DNA from: Terriglobia bacterium
Lineage (GTDB): Bacteria > Acidobacteriota > Terriglobia > JAJPHL01 > JAPKYU01
Reading direction: 5' to 3'
Assembly (NCBI GenBank): GCA_965223005.1
Contig: CBDCVK010000009.1
Coordinates: 51,386-115,385 of the forward strand
Length of the DNA stretch: 64,000 nt
In this document: positions 23,565 through 34,093 of the stretch, piece after piece
Layout: the number at the start of each line of letters is the position of its first letter
Numbering within the stretch: the stretch's first letter is position 1
Made by a program: the position numbers and the translations under genes
The notes under the pieces: generated by a model
What the model was told of the DNA's origin: nothing
The model's database searches: none
The model's input: only the letters and a program-made list of their open reading frames with translations

Positions 23565-24941
23565 ATGTTCAAGAAGATACTGGTTGCCAACCGAGGCGAA
23601 ATCGCATTGCGGGTCATCTGTGCCTGTAAGGAGCTGGGCATCAGCACGGTCGCGGTGTATTCGGAGGCCGACCGGAATTCGCTGCACGTCCGCTTTGCCG
23701 ATCAGGCGGTGTGTATTGGGCCGGCGCAGTCGGCCGATAGTTACCTGAACATCCCCAGTGTGATCAGCGCGGCCGAAATCACCGATGCGGATGCTGTCCA
23801 TCCCGGCTACGGCTTCCTTTCCGAGAACGCCAATTTCGCTGAGGTTTGCGAAACCAGCAAGATCGCCTTCATTGGGCCCTCGTCGGAACTGATCCGTATC
23901 ATGGGAGAAAAGGCCCGAGCCCGCCAGGTGTTCCGGCAAGCGGGCGTGCCGGTCCTGCCGGGTTCCGACAGCGTGGTGCGGAACGCGGCCGAAGCTCGCC
24001 AGATTGCCGGTTCTATTGGCTACCCGGCTTTGCTCAAAGCAGTGGCCGGCGGCGGCGGGCGCGGTATGCGCGTCGTGTGCGACCCTGCGGAGCTGCCAGA
24101 CGCCTTTGCCGCCGCCCAGCGGGAAGCCGAGATGGCTTTCGGCTGCGGCGACCTCTATCTGGAGAAATTCCTTGAGCGTCCCCGCCACGTCGAGTTCCAG
24201 GTATTGGGCGACCGCTTCGGGTCCCTGGCCCACCTCGGCGAGCGAGAGTGTACCATCCAGCGACGCCACCAGAAGCTGCTGGAGGAATCCCCCTCGCCCG
24301 CGCTGAGCGAAGCCCAGCGCCGGGAGGTAGGCAAGCAGGTGCTGCGGGCTCTGTCGCACCTTGGTTACAGCAGCGCCGGGACGGTCGAATTCCTGATGGA
24401 TGAGGACGGGCAGCTCTATTTCATCGAAATGAACCCCCGCATCCAGGTGGAGCACCCGGTCACCGAGATGGTGACCAACATTGACTTGGTCAAGAGCCAG
24501 ATTCTAATTGCTGCCGGAGAACCCCTGGATCTGTTACTGGAGGGCTCGTTGAGCGACGACCACGTCCCTCCCCAGGGGCATGCTTTGGAGTGCCGCATCA
24601 ACGCGGAACATCCGCAAACTTTTGCCCCCTCGGCTGGGCGCATCACCACTTTCCACATCCCCGGGGGTACTGGCGTCCGTGTGGACACGGCCGCTTACGC
24701 CGAATGTGTCATCCCTCCCTATTACGACTCTTTAGTGGCCAAGCTCGTCGTCCGCGGCCGCGACCGTCAGGAGGCCATCAGCCGCATGACCCGGGCCCTG
24801 GAGATGTTTATGATTGAAGGCATCCACACCTCTATCCCGCTCCACCAGCGAATCCTGGCTGACCCGGACTTCCGTGCTGGGCGCTTCGACGTCGGCTTCC
24901 TCCAGCGGTTCAACCCGGCGGCGCTCGTCGCCACCGTCTAG
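23565..24941 (+). CDS. accC: Biotin carboxylase
   Basis: [42 protein letters not shown]. Confidence 0.97.
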   Translation: MFKKILVANRGEIALRVICACKELGISTVAVYSEADRNSLHVRFADQAVCIGPAQSADSYLNIPSVISAAEITDADAVHPGYGFLSENANFAEVCETSKIAFIGPSSELIRIMGEKARARQVFRQAGVPVLPGSDSVVRNAAEARQIAGSIGYPALLKAVAGGGGRGMRVVCDPAELPDAFAAAQREAEMAFGCGDLYLEKFLERPRHVEFQVLGDRFGSLAHLGERECTIQRRHQKLLEESPSPALSEAQRREVGKQVLRALSHLGYSSAGTVEFLMDEDGQLYFIEMNPRIQVEHPVTEMVTNIDLVKSQILIAAGEPLDLLLEGSLSDDHVPPQGHALECRINAEHPQTFAPSAGRITTFHIPGGTGVRVDTAAYAECVIPPYYDSLVAKLVVRGRDRQEAISRMTRALEMFMIEGIHTSIPLHQRILADPDFRAGRFDVGFLQRFNPAALVATV

Positions 24942-24956
24942 AGGGGGCCGCCGGGC

Positions 24957-25616
24957 GTGTTTTCAGCCTCGAGGCTGTACGCCATCCTCGATACCCGCTT
25001 GCTGGAGGCGCGGGACGTACGGACGGTCGCCGACCAACTGCTACAGACTGGGGTGCGCTTCCTGCAATATCGGCACAAGGCCCCCTTTACCCGGCGAAGC
25101 TGGGAAGACTGCTGCGCTTTGGCCGCGCTGGCCAGCCGGTATGAAGCCAGGTTCCTGGTCAATGATCGGACGGACGTGGCACTGCTTTGCGGCGCCTCAG
25201 GGGTGCACCTGGGCCAGCAAGACCTTCCTCCGGAACTGGCCCGACGCCTGCTGGGTTCGCGCCGGGAGCCGGAACCGCTCATTGGCTTCTCCACCCATAG
25301 CCTGGAGCAGGCGCGCGAGGGCGATCGCCTGCCGGTGAATTACCTGGCTATCGGTCCTGTCTTTCCTACCCGCACCAAGGAGCAGCCCGATCCGGTGGTT
25401 GGCCTGGAGGGGGTGGCTGCGGTGCGCGCCGCAGTGACCAAGCCCCTGGTGGCCATTGGCGGGATCACCCTCGAGAACGCCCGGGCGGTACTGCAGGCTG
25501 GGGCCGACGCGGTGGCTGTGTCCCGCGACCTGCTGGCCACCGGCGACGTCGCAGCGCGCGCCCGCCAGTTCCTGGACCAAGTACAAGACCAATTGCAAGA
25601 GAGGCTAGGCCCGTGA
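24957..25616 (+). CDS. thiE: Thiamine-phosphate synthase
   Basis: QYRHK, VNDRTD, GVHLGQQD, GFSTHS, GPVFPTRTK, AIGGIT. Confidence 0.93.
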   Translation: MFSASRLYAILDTRLLEARDVRTVADQLLQTGVRFLQYRHKAPFTRRSWEDCCALAALASRYEARFLVNDRTDVALLCGASGVHLGQQDLPPELARRLLGSRREPEPLIGFSTHSLEQAREGDRLPVNYLAIGPVFPTRTKEQPDPVVGLEGVAAVRAAVTKPLVAIGGITLENARAVLQAGADAVAVSRDLLATGDVAARARQFLDQVQDQLQERLGP

Positions 25617-25890
25617 AGCCTTCGCCTCCGGGGATTCAAAACGCAGAACTGGTGCAGGGACTGGGTCTGGTCAGCTCCACCACCATTGTGATGGGCTCGA
25701 TGATGGGCTCCGGAATTTTTATCGTCTCAGCCGACGTTGCTTGTCAGGTTCAGTCACCCGGCCTGCTCTGTTACGATTCAAGCCAGAGTGGACCTGGCCG
25801 GGGCTGATCATAGTTGTGCTGGGCGTGCCGGTTTACGTAGCTTTCCGCAAGGTCGGACCTGCACGAGGCCAGCAGGCAGAGAACTAACGA
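25613..25890 (+). pseudogene. APC amino-acid permease remnant with large internal deletion
   Basis: N-terminus (LGLVSSTTIVMGSMMGSGIFIVSADV) joined out of frame to a C-terminus (KPEWTWPGLIIVVLGVPVY). Confidence 0.75.
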
Positions 25891-25933
25891 GTCGGCGTAG
25901 AATTAACGAGCCATCGGAGAATTACTGAGCAGG

Positions 25934-26064
25934 AGGAATCCGCAAATTACGCACATTTCGTAGATATTGCCGACAAATGGTGCAAAAGGGTTGCATAAAA
26001 GCTCGTAAATGATGGTCCGTTTTCCCTATCAAAATCTGCGCATCTACGAAATCTGTGGATTCCT
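25934..26064. repeat. Imperfect inverted-repeat element (MITE/REP-like)
   Basis: AGGAATCCGCAAATTACGCACATTTCGTAGAT ... ATCTACGAAATCTGTGGATTCCT. Confidence 0.55.
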
Positions 26065-26085
26065 GAACACGAGGAGGTAGCCGGA

Positions 26086-26655
26086 ATGGCCTTTCGACTG
26101 TTTGCGCGAAAGTCCGTGGACCAGCTTCTGGTGGAAGTCGCGGACGAAGAGCAAGGCTTGCGGCAGGCGCTTGGTCCGCTGAACCTGGCGGCGCCGGGAT
26201 CTTCGTGCTAACTGGGGCGGCGGCCTCTCAGTACGCCGGTCCCGCCATTGTGCTTTCCTTCGTGCTGGCAGGTCTGGCTTCGGCTTTTGCTGGCTTGTGC
26301 TAGGCCAAACTCGCTTCCACGATTCCTGTGGCCGGCAGCGCCTACACCTACGGATATGCCACCCTAGGGGAGGTTATTGCTGGCGTTCGTGATCCTTTGC
26401 GCCGGAGTCCTGGTTCTGTGCTATCGCCACCCGGAGCTCCGGCGGCCCTTCCGAACTCCCGAGGTACCCTTTGTGCCTGCACTCGGCATTCTGGTTGCCC
26501 TTTCTATGATGATCAGCCTTCCGCTCGATACTTGGCTCCGACTGTGCGTGTGGTTGGCGATCGGAATGGTCATCTACTTTGGCTACAGCCGGAAGCACAC
26601 GGGTGCAACAAAGGCAGTCGGGAGTTCCTCTTGTGCCTCCCACCGAGGCCACTAG
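26086..26655 (+). pseudogene. APC (cationic-type) amino-acid permease remnant
   Basis: [10 protein letters not shown]...AGPAIVLSF...GLC*...PVAGSAYTYGYATLGE then jump to C-terminal LAFVIL...RPFRTP...IYFGYS; stop, frameshifts, internal deletion. Confidence 0.8.
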
Positions 26656-26742
26656 CACCTGGCAGGGGCGGGCCACAAGCTTGATTCGCGCGGCGGTGGA
26701 TGTCCGAAGCCTGCCGGACGAAGTCTCTCCACGCGCGCCGGT

Positions 26743-26771
26743 TTGACAAGTGGAGATGTGCCAGCTACACT
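26743..26771 (+). promoter_or_regulatory. Sigma-70 promoter for tRNA-Pro
   Basis: TTGACA(26743)-17 nt-TACACT(26766). Confidence 0.75.
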
Positions 26772-26806
26772 GGGCTCAAACGGGCCTTTCGCGTTTCTTT
26801 CCGTGT

Positions 26807-26884
<78 letters not shown>

Positions 26885-27209
26885 CAAAATAAGGAAGTTA
26901 AAAAGACAAGTCCTTGGGATAAAGATTACAAGGTAACAAGTAGGTAACGAAACCGCGGGTTGCAATGACATGTAATGGGAAGCCCAGGGCAGCACCGTTT
27001 TCAGTCTAGTCGGCCAAAGGAGCACGCAATTCGTGCGAGTTGGGACCCCACAGGCGGGAATTAAATGCTAGCCAGTTAGGCAGGATCTATCCGTACCCAC
27101 CCATCTAAGAAACGCTACACCATCCAGGCAGAACATAGGTAAACACTAGTCCCTTTGTGGGGACTATTGGCTTTTTGCGCCAGGTCTACTTCCCCGAAGG
27201 GAATCCAGG

Positions 27210-27243
27210 CACTTGTCCGGTTAGCGCGTTATACGTCCAACTG
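27210..27243 (+). repeat. 34-bp site A1 (class A, spacer GCGCGT)
   Basis: CACTTGTCCGGTTA GCGCGT TATACGTCCAACTG with conserved ~90-bp upstream flank. Confidence 0.9.
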
Positions 27244-27324
27244 GCGCACCGCTGAGCGGGTGGGGGTATGATCATTTCCGCCGCGCCTCGTTTTTGTGAA
27301 CTCGTACAAGGTTCCCATCTAGGA

Positions 27325-27410
27325 GGGCATTTACAAGCTGGCGCAGGCTGCGAGCGAAGCGGTCATAGCGGTAAACGACCACCGCGTCCACGCGGCGCTT
27401 CCGGCATCCG
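27325..27410 (-). pseudogene. Serine recombinase (resolvase) fragment
   Basis: RKRRVDAVVVYRYDRFARSLRQLVNAL matches the resolvase D-x-V-V-x-x-x-D-R-x-x-R motif. Confidence 0.65.
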
Positions 27411-27565
27411 GGGCCCGCTAAGGGAGTGGTGTGTTCAGAGACCAGAAAAAGGCGAATCGGGGACCCGAGCAAGGCCCCAAAGGCCCATGAACGCCCCTGG
27501 AAACGACTCGCACAGCTCCTCCAGAACGAAGCACTTTTATTTTTGCTGCGTTTTTCAGCACCCTG

Positions 27566-29002
27566 CTAGCGCACGAGGCGGGATTTTGGAAATTGGGCGT
27601 GCCAGCCGAACCAAAAGGCTCGGTGTGAAGGGAGGCGCTGTCGTCGTTCGCCCGAAGGGTGGATGAGCGCTTCCTCCCTCACTTCCCAAGCCTGGCCTTC
27701 TTCGTCGATGAGCAGCGAGTCCCGATTCCAATAAGCGAAGCTCACCCCGGTGGCATCGTGGACTCGATTGGCCCCCGACCGATCGGTCAAGATTACGAGA
27801 GGCTGGCTTCCAGCCCTTTCCTGATACAGTGGGTGCTTCTTCAGAAAAGAAGTGTCATAGGCGACCGCATTTCCCTTCAGCAGTAACGCAACGACTTCCT
27901 GTTTGTTCTTGAGCCGCTTGTCCTGAAAAGGAACCGGAAACATAAGGGCCTGGGTGGCAAAGTAATCTCGATAAGCGACGCCTTCCCTGTAATCCCTGTC
28001 ATGACCGGTTTCGAGCGACAGCACCTTGGTCCGCGGATGGCGCTGCTTCCACTCCTTCCAGGTGGTTGTGACAATGGGAAGTCGCTTCAACTGCAACCCG
28101 GAGCCCGTCAGCTTTCCGGTGACCGGAACTCCTTCCAGAGCCGACCACAGGGAACGGGTCTGACGGTCGTACATCAGTTTGTTGGACCGATAGATAAAGC
28201 CGCTGGTCCCGAAATCGAACTTCCGGCTTCCAATCCTTTGATCGTAAAGGACGGCGGACCCGCACAGGGTACAGTAGGCACAGGTCACATCGACGTCGCC
28301 AACAGTGTCGTTAAATAATTCATGCGCGGCCAGGATTCGCTTGGGATAAGCGCGGGCATCTCCATCGATAAAGACGCCGAAGACCACGTTCTTCTTGCCC
28401 AGATAGGTTGCCTCCCGGGCTTCGATGAACTTGGGATGCTCCAGAGGAGGAATCCCGTCCACTTTCACCCCTCCCCACACAATTTCATCCAGACGGATCG
28501 CGTGCTGCACCCCGGGGTAAAAAAACCAGCGAAATCGCTGGTCAATCTGCATATAGACCGCCTCTTTAAATCCCGGGTAGTCCGGGTGCATCTGGAATTC
28601 TTGCTGCCACATCCACTTTAGCCAGGTGTAGAAAGTTCGCTCCAACCTTTGCCCGGTTACCCGTTCGAGCATGCCCCACAGCCTCTTTGTGCGCAAATCG
28701 TTCGGAGGTAGAAATTGAATGACCTCCAGCACCATGGGCGCGAGACCTATTTCCCAACTGGATTCAATGATGGCCAGAGGCTCCGGCCGCGACGCCTTTC
28801 GCGGGTCCACGAAATCAGAAAGGGCCTGGACAGGATCATTCCCGGGAGAAGGGAGCCGTTGGCGAACCACCGCGGGAGCCTGCTCGATCGCACTCCCCTC
28901 TAACGCTTCAAAAGATCTGCCCCCAGCAATAACGCCGGATGCAAAAGCTACCAAACCTACCAGGATAAAAAACAACGTTGCGCTTCTAGAACGGATGAGC
29001 AT
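27566..29002 (-). CDS. DUF3179-family exported protein
   Basis: WGGVKVDGIPPL, RAYPKRIL..HELFND, YCTLCGS, SGFIYRSNKLMYDRQTRSLWS, FWFGWHAQFP; signal peptide. Confidence 0.85.
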   Translation of the reverse strand: MLIRSRSATLFFILVGLVAFASGVIAGGRSFEALEGSAIEQAPAVVRQRLPSPGNDPVQALSDFVDPRKASRPEPLAIIESSWEIGLAPMVLEVIQFLPPNDLRTKRLWGMLERVTGQRLERTFYTWLKWMWQQEFQMHPDYPGFKEAVYMQIDQRFRWFFYPGVQHAIRLDEIVWGGVKVDGIPPLEHPKFIEAREATYLGKKNVVFGVFIDGDARAYPKRILAAHELFNDTVGDVDVTCAYCTLCGSAVLYDQRIGSRKFDFGTSGFIYRSNKLMYDRQTRSLWSALEGVPVTGKLTGSGLQLKRLPIVTTTWKEWKQRHPRTKVLSLETGHDRDYREGVAYRDYFATQALMFPVPFQDKRLKNKQEVVALLLKGNAVAYDTSFLKKHPLYQERAGSQPLVILTDRSGANRVHDATGVSFAYWNRDSLLIDEEGQAWEVREEALIHPSGERRQRLPSHRAFWFGWHAQFPKSRLVR

Positions 29003-29285
29003 AACTGTATTGCCTCCTATCCCAAAAGTGGGTAGTAGCCCAGGCTCTGGCCAGTCATGGGAAGGCTCCCCTCTTGCCAGCGATCCTACGCCCCGCCCGC
29101 GGGCAAATCAACGTAGCGACTCGGCCAGTTGCAAGCGGCACGAGATACACTGCCTTGTCTCCAGTAATGCCGGATAGATTGCCCCTAACCCTCTAGTTCT
29201 TTCCGGTCCGGATGCCAACTCCCGAATGCTCGCCGACTCGGAAAGTACCCCAGCGCCTTGCGGCTCCTCGTCTAACGTCAGCGGT

Positions 29286-29319
29286 CACTTGGACGTATAG
29301 TCGGCTATCCGGACAAGTG
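29286..29319 (-). repeat. 34-bp site B1 (class B, spacer GCCGAC)
   Basis: Minus strand CACTTGTCCGGATA GCCGAC TATACGTCCAAGTG. Confidence 0.9.
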
Positions 29320-29475
29320 ACAAAGGGAATCCTCGGCAGCAGTGTTCCGGACGGGAGAAGGAAATGGAGTTTGGGTTCGATTAGGGTTCGATAAGGGTTT
29401 CCAAGCCTTCCTGAAGCTTCCTCAACATTGCTATGCGTACCGCAAAATGAATGACTTAGCCAAAAGGGGTTAAAG

Positions 29476-29519
29476 TCATAACCCAAAGGTCGTCGGTTCA
29501 AATCCGACCCCCGCAACCA
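29476..29519 (+). other. 3' half of an initiator tRNA-Met (att relic)
   Basis: TCATAACCCAAAGGTCGTCGGTTCAAATCCGACCCCCGCAACCA; no 5' half upstream. Confidence 0.85.
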
Positions 29520-29618
29520 AGAAATCAAGGGGTTAGGGCCGGATGCTCTAACCCCTTAGTTGTCTCATCTAACAGCCATCTAACAATTCACTGGGCACCA
29601 GTTGCATAAGATTTCTTC

Positions 29619-31119
29619 TCACCACGTGTAGTGCACCGTGTAGTCAATGATGGCCTCACCGCCGGCAGCAATCGTTGGTCGAAACTCTACCGTGCGAGCA
29701 TCCTTTTTTCGTGTGGCTCATCGAGCCGGCCGTGATTTCCCACTGGATCCACCGATACATATGCTCGACGATGCGGACTTCGACTTCTTCGTCCTTGTGG
29801 TTGCGCACCTTGATCTGGAAAGATTCATCCACCCAGTGATTCCTCGTGTCCACTTTGAAGTTGGTCTGGCGACGTTCCCCCACAAGGTCGAAAGCGTTCC
29901 CCGTGTAGAGTTGCACGGTCTCGTCCGTCGGCGTATGGTCGATCTTGTCCTCACCGATGAACTCATTGCGTCTGTCGACGTCTTGCCGATAGACCTTGAC
30001 CTTGCCTCGCGGAAGGGGCATCCCGAGATGCGATTTCTCCGAGTTCTCGAACTCCAGCATTACCCACACCTTGGAGTTCGACACAGTACCGTATTCGGGT
30101 CGCGTACGGATGTTGTGGAAACTCCAACCGCGGTACCGGGGGTCCATCTTGAAGCCGTCGTACACGTAGATCCGTTGGGCCGCAACATTGGTGGCGCGCA
30201 GGAACTCCACCTGCTTGATTTCTCGGTCCAGGACGGTGGTCGGCCGCTCCAACGTGTATAGGTGGTATTCCTCGAATGTGCGCTCGGTTACGGCTGGATC
30301 GGCGGCAGCGTAGTCTCTTGCCTGCCCACGCGAAAAGCTGACTGGTCCGCCCTCCGGCGCGACCCGTGCCACATCTCCTGCCATGAGCTTGACCTTGGCC
30401 TTCTCGAAATCCTTGCCGCTCATGTTCTCTAGAGTGATCCATCCAATGATGTCGAAGGTGTCTCCTTTTTCCGGCGCGACCGCGTTGTAGTTCGCCTCCC
30501 AACGCATGCCCCCGGTGAGGTAGGAGATCTCGACTTCGTGATCGCCAGCTTGGGCAGACCAAAGCTTCCACAACAGCGTCGGTTTCAAAAACGCTTTCGG
30601 GTCCAAGGCATCAAAAACCGGTTTGCCGGGCAGGCCAAACTGGATCCTGCCGTCCACTTGCACAATCGGCTGACCACCCCCCTGTGGATTCGCGTAGAGC
30701 ATTTGACTGGAAGCATACTGGCGGCCATAGCGTCGAAATGCAGACGTGTGGGGGACATATCCGCTGCGCAAGATCTTGCCCCTAACGGTCTTTTTCTCAC
30801 CGGTCTGCGGCAGAGTGATGTCGAAGTCCAGCACTTTGCCCTCCGACTTGCGCAGCAACAGACCTTGACTCAGCGGGTCGCTCTCGTAGTTCTGCTCCAG
30901 AATCCGGATTGAATCCGGTTGCCGAAGATGGCGGAGCACGACCGACTCAGGCTCCAGGTGCGCCGTGATATCGCTCACGCGGACCTCGTTCTCGCCCCTC
31001 ACCAACCCGAAGGTACGGTTTTCCTTTACCGCAGCGAAATTCTGGTTGTAGACAGTAAGTTGTGTTTGCGCATGTACCGTACATGGTGTAAGCACTGCAA
31101 CGAGAATCAGAAATCTCAT
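29619..31119 (-). CDS. DUF4139-family exported protein with one-base frameshift near the 3' end
   Basis: LTVYNQN, LEQNYE, SYLTGGMRWEANY, EYHLYTL, FIGEDKIDHTP; removing one base from the T6 run at 29704-29709 restores ...DARTVEF...YTVHYTW*. Confidence 0.8.
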
Positions 31120-31225
31120 ATGGCCTCCTGGGTCATGGTCTCCCCTGTCGGTTACATACTGCAAGAACTATACCGGGAAGTCCTCGTCGTAACCGTCTGC
31201 TGTTGACACATTCTCTCCGAGAACT

Positions 31226-32664
31226 GAGGGTGTCCTGAACTCAGTTGAAAGTTCGTAGCGGCGGTTCGGAGCCATCATACTACGCCACCTCCCGTCGAGT
31301 GGCCGACTTTGATCCTTCGAGGATCGCTTTCAACATCCACAGGTCCTGGTACCCCATCAGGCGGCGGAAGTTTTTCTCCGTGGCCAGGAAGCTGGAGGCG
31401 ACCCAGCGCTGGACCATGGCCGCATCCCGCCAGCGGCACACCCGGCGAGTTCGCAACCTCACTCCCGCCTGCGGACTCTCGATGAGATTGGTGGTGGCCA
31501 GACAGCGATGCAGCGAAGCCGGAAGCCCCAGCCGGTTGATGGTGAAACATTCCTCCAGACCCTCCCGCAAGCTGGCCGCCGCGGCCGGACAATCTCGCTC
31601 CAACCATTGGGCCAACTTCTCCAGCTTGGCCCTGCCGGTCTTCGGATCCAACCGCCAGGCGGCCCGCATCGCCGCCCGCACCTGGTCCCGCTCTGGCTCC
31701 GGCAACCGGTCCAGGACGTTGCGCAACTTGTGGGCGCGGCAGCGCTGCACCGGCTGCTCGGCCCCGAACACGGCGCGGATCGCCGCCCGCAAGGCCTTCG
31801 AGCCGTCGATCACAAACAGCCGTTTCTGGGCCGGCTGCACCCCTCGCCGCACTAAACCTTCCAGCAAGTCCTGGACGGCCGCGGCGTTCTCCGTAGCCCC
31901 CTCCTGAATCCCCAGCACGTGCTTGTGCCCTTCCGCATCCACGCCCACAGCCGCAATCACGTGATGGTCGCCAAACACCATCCCGTCGATGTAGAGGATC
32001 AGCAACTCTACTTCCTCGAAGCGGCGGTTCAACAGACGTTCTAACTCGGCTGCGGCAGCCTCCATCGTTTCCCGGCTGACCGTGGAGCGCGACACACCCA
32101 CGGTGTCCGCCATCTCCGGCAACACCCGCTGGTACTGCCGGGTCGAGACGCCCCGCAGCAAGATATCCAACATCCGGGCCCCCAGACCCTCGCCCTCCTG
32201 CATGGCTTCGTAGGCCGGGAGGGGAACTTCTTTCCCCGCTCCCCGGCCTGGCCGCCGGAGCCGTGGCCTGTGCACGGCCAGCTTTCTCTCCTTCAGGCGC
32301 ACCCGTCCCCGCTGGCGCCCATACCAGCCTACCCCACGGCGCCGCCGGCCCTGACGGCGTGGACCGGCCACCTGCGCGGCCGACAACTCCAGCACCGCTT
32401 CAATCGCCGCCCTACCCACCACGTCGATCAGCTCGTCGACGGCTAACCGCGATTGTTCGATCAACTCCACCCAGGGCAGCAGAAACTGCCCGTGGCGAGC
32501 CAGGTAGGCAGCCAGTTTGCGGGAGCTTCGGCTATCGCTCCGGCCTAGGATGTGGTAGCTTCTCTGCACGGCGGTTCCCCTTTCCAGAAAGTTTCCCAAC
32601 CCGATTCTACGGAACCAGGTCAGCGAACCGCCGCTCGACTTTCAACTAAAGGTGAGACACTCTC
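31226..32664 (-). mobile_element. IS256-family insertion sequence
   Basis: Imperfect IRs GAGGGTGTC..AGTTGAAAGT / ACTTTCAACT..GACACTCTC; 8-bp direct repeat CGAGAACT at 31218-31225 and 32665-32672. Confidence 0.9.
31280..32569 (-). CDS. IS256-family transposase
   Basis: GVSTR, LYIDG, VIDGSKAL, QRCRAHKLRN, TTNLIES. Confidence 0.9.
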   Translation of the reverse strand: MQRSYHILGRSDSRSSRKLAAYLARHGQFLLPWVELIEQSRLAVDELIDVVGRAAIEAVLELSAAQVAGPRRQGRRRRGVGWYGRQRGRVRLKERKLAVHRPRLRRPGRGAGKEVPLPAYEAMQEGEGLGARMLDILLRGVSTRQYQRVLPEMADTVGVSRSTVSRETMEAAAAELERLLNRRFEEVELLILYIDGMVFGDHHVIAAVGVDAEGHKHVLGIQEGATENAAAVQDLLEGLVRRGVQPAQKRLFVIDGSKALRAAIRAVFGAEQPVQRCRAHKLRNVLDRLPEPERDQVRAAMRAAWRLDPKTGRAKLEKLAQWLERDCPAAAASLREGLEECFTINRLGLPASLHRCLATTNLIESPQAGVRLRTRRVCRWRDAAMVQRWVASSFLATEKNFRRLMGYQDLWMLKAILEGSKSATRREVA

Positions 32665-32754
32665 CGAGAACTTTCAAGGTAAGGTAAGCCGCCTGCCGCT
32701 GGCCGGTACGGGCCCGGATTTCGCGCCCCAAACGAGAGGAGCGGGGCGCGAGAC

Positions 32755-33576
32755 TCAGCGAGGCTCGGGGCAGAAACCCGGCTCGAAGCCGCGGGCACTC
32801 TGCCGTCGGGCGAGCGGGTCCGGGTAGGGCGCGGACGAGGGTGGCAACAGGCCCAGGCGCACCAGTTGTGTCCGATACTCGTAGCGGATGTTGACAGTGG
32901 CGGCTGGCTTCCCTTCCAGTTCCATGCGCACCCGGTAGACCCGGTGGCCGTAGCGGCGGCCTATCCCCGTGGCGGCGTAATCCTCCTCACGGACGTTGCC
33001 TGACGGGCTCTCGGCCTTGCTCGATCGCTCGGCTGAGTCGCGCGATGCACCAGCTTCTGGAGCCGGGCTGGGCCCATCCCTCCGGCCTTGTTCCTTAGGC
33101 ACCACCGGGCGCGGCGCCTTCGGACGGCGCTTCTCGCGGAAGTACACGGCGCTGATGATTCCCAGGTTCTGCCTCTTTCCCAGCCAGGCTCCATACGACT
33201 GCTCTTCGCTGGTGAAGAAGAACCGGCGGGCGTTTTTCATTCCCGTCTGCCAGCCGCTGATGGTAATCGTCTCGTACGGGCCCAACACCCACTTCTGGGC
33301 CGAGCGTGGGTCGGTGTGCCGCGCGTCAATCGTGTTCAATCCGTCCACCGAAAGCGCCACGGCCACCCGCACGCCCAGCGGGTTCCGCAGGCGGATCGAA
33401 TACTTCTTGTCCTTGATGGCTTCCACGTAGCGCAGGCCGTGGCCGAAGTAGACGGGCACATGACGGCCATCCACCAGCACGTCCACCTGGAAACCAGCAG
33501 GGTAGGAAGTACGCGCGCAGGCGGGCACTGTGGCCAGCGCGAGAAAAACAGCCAGTCCGAAGAGCTTGCGGTTCAT
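32755..33576 (-). CDS. Conserved hypothetical exported protein
   Basis: Signal peptide MNRKLFGLAV..., VALSVDGLNTID, ITISGWQ, RRFFFT; GAGGAG RBS. Confidence 0.75.
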   Translation of the reverse strand: MNRKLFGLAVFLALATVPACARTSYPAGFQVDVLVDGRHVPVYFGHGLRYVEAIKDKKYSIRLRNPLGVRVAVALSVDGLNTIDARHTDPRSAQKWVLGPYETITISGWQTGMKNARRFFFTSEEQSYGAWLGKRQNLGIISAVYFREKRRPKAPRPVVPKEQGRRDGPSPAPEAGASRDSAERSSKAESPSGNVREEDYAATGIGRRYGHRVYRVRMELEGKPAATVNIRYEYRTQLVRLGLLPPSSAPYPDPLARRQSARGFEPGFCPEPR

Positions 33577-33790
33577 TGTCCTCTCCTCCTCGTCTAGAAG
33601 AACGGAGGAGGGACAGAAAACTTGCAGGGGGAGTGGGACACAAATTCTTGCCAGCTGGAGGACCTGTCCCACAAATCCAACTATTTGCTGGCGCATGCCC
33701 TGGACTCTCAGCCTGCGCAGGGCTTTCAGTATCCCACTTAATCCGAGGCGAACGTCTTGTACTCAGAGATTTGGACCAATACGAAGCAGG

Positions 33791-33985
33791 CTATTGCACG
33801 GCAATGGTGACGGTGTTGCTCGGGACGCCGTTCTGAAGCAGGACTAGGGGAACCTCGGAGCCCGACGCCACATCGGCCGGTATTTCCACGTTCACCTGGT
33901 AGAGTCCTACAAAACCTGGGGCTAGACCGGCAAAGTGCACCGTCGCTGGCTGGCCTCCCAACTGCGCCTCCACCGCCACCACCAC
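33791..33985 (-). pseudogene. C-terminal fragment of a TIGR03437-like (Solibacter C-terminal) domain gene
   Basis: FAGLAPGFVGLYQVNVEIP...SNTVTIAVQ; no upstream body. Confidence 0.75.
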
Positions 33986-34093
33986 CCTCGCCAGCGGCTC
34001 AGCTCCAGCAGAATATTGGATCCCCGTCCGCCAGATCCACGGTTGCGAGAATTCCTGGTTCGTGCCCACTCGGATATGCAGGCCGGTGCGAGG

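Noticed and set aside
27566-29002. DUF3179 as a selenoprotein
   Set aside because: The ORF is uninterrupted and the CxxC uses Cys codons
29476-29519. Functional tRNA-Met
   Set aside because: 5' acceptor strand and D-arm are absent
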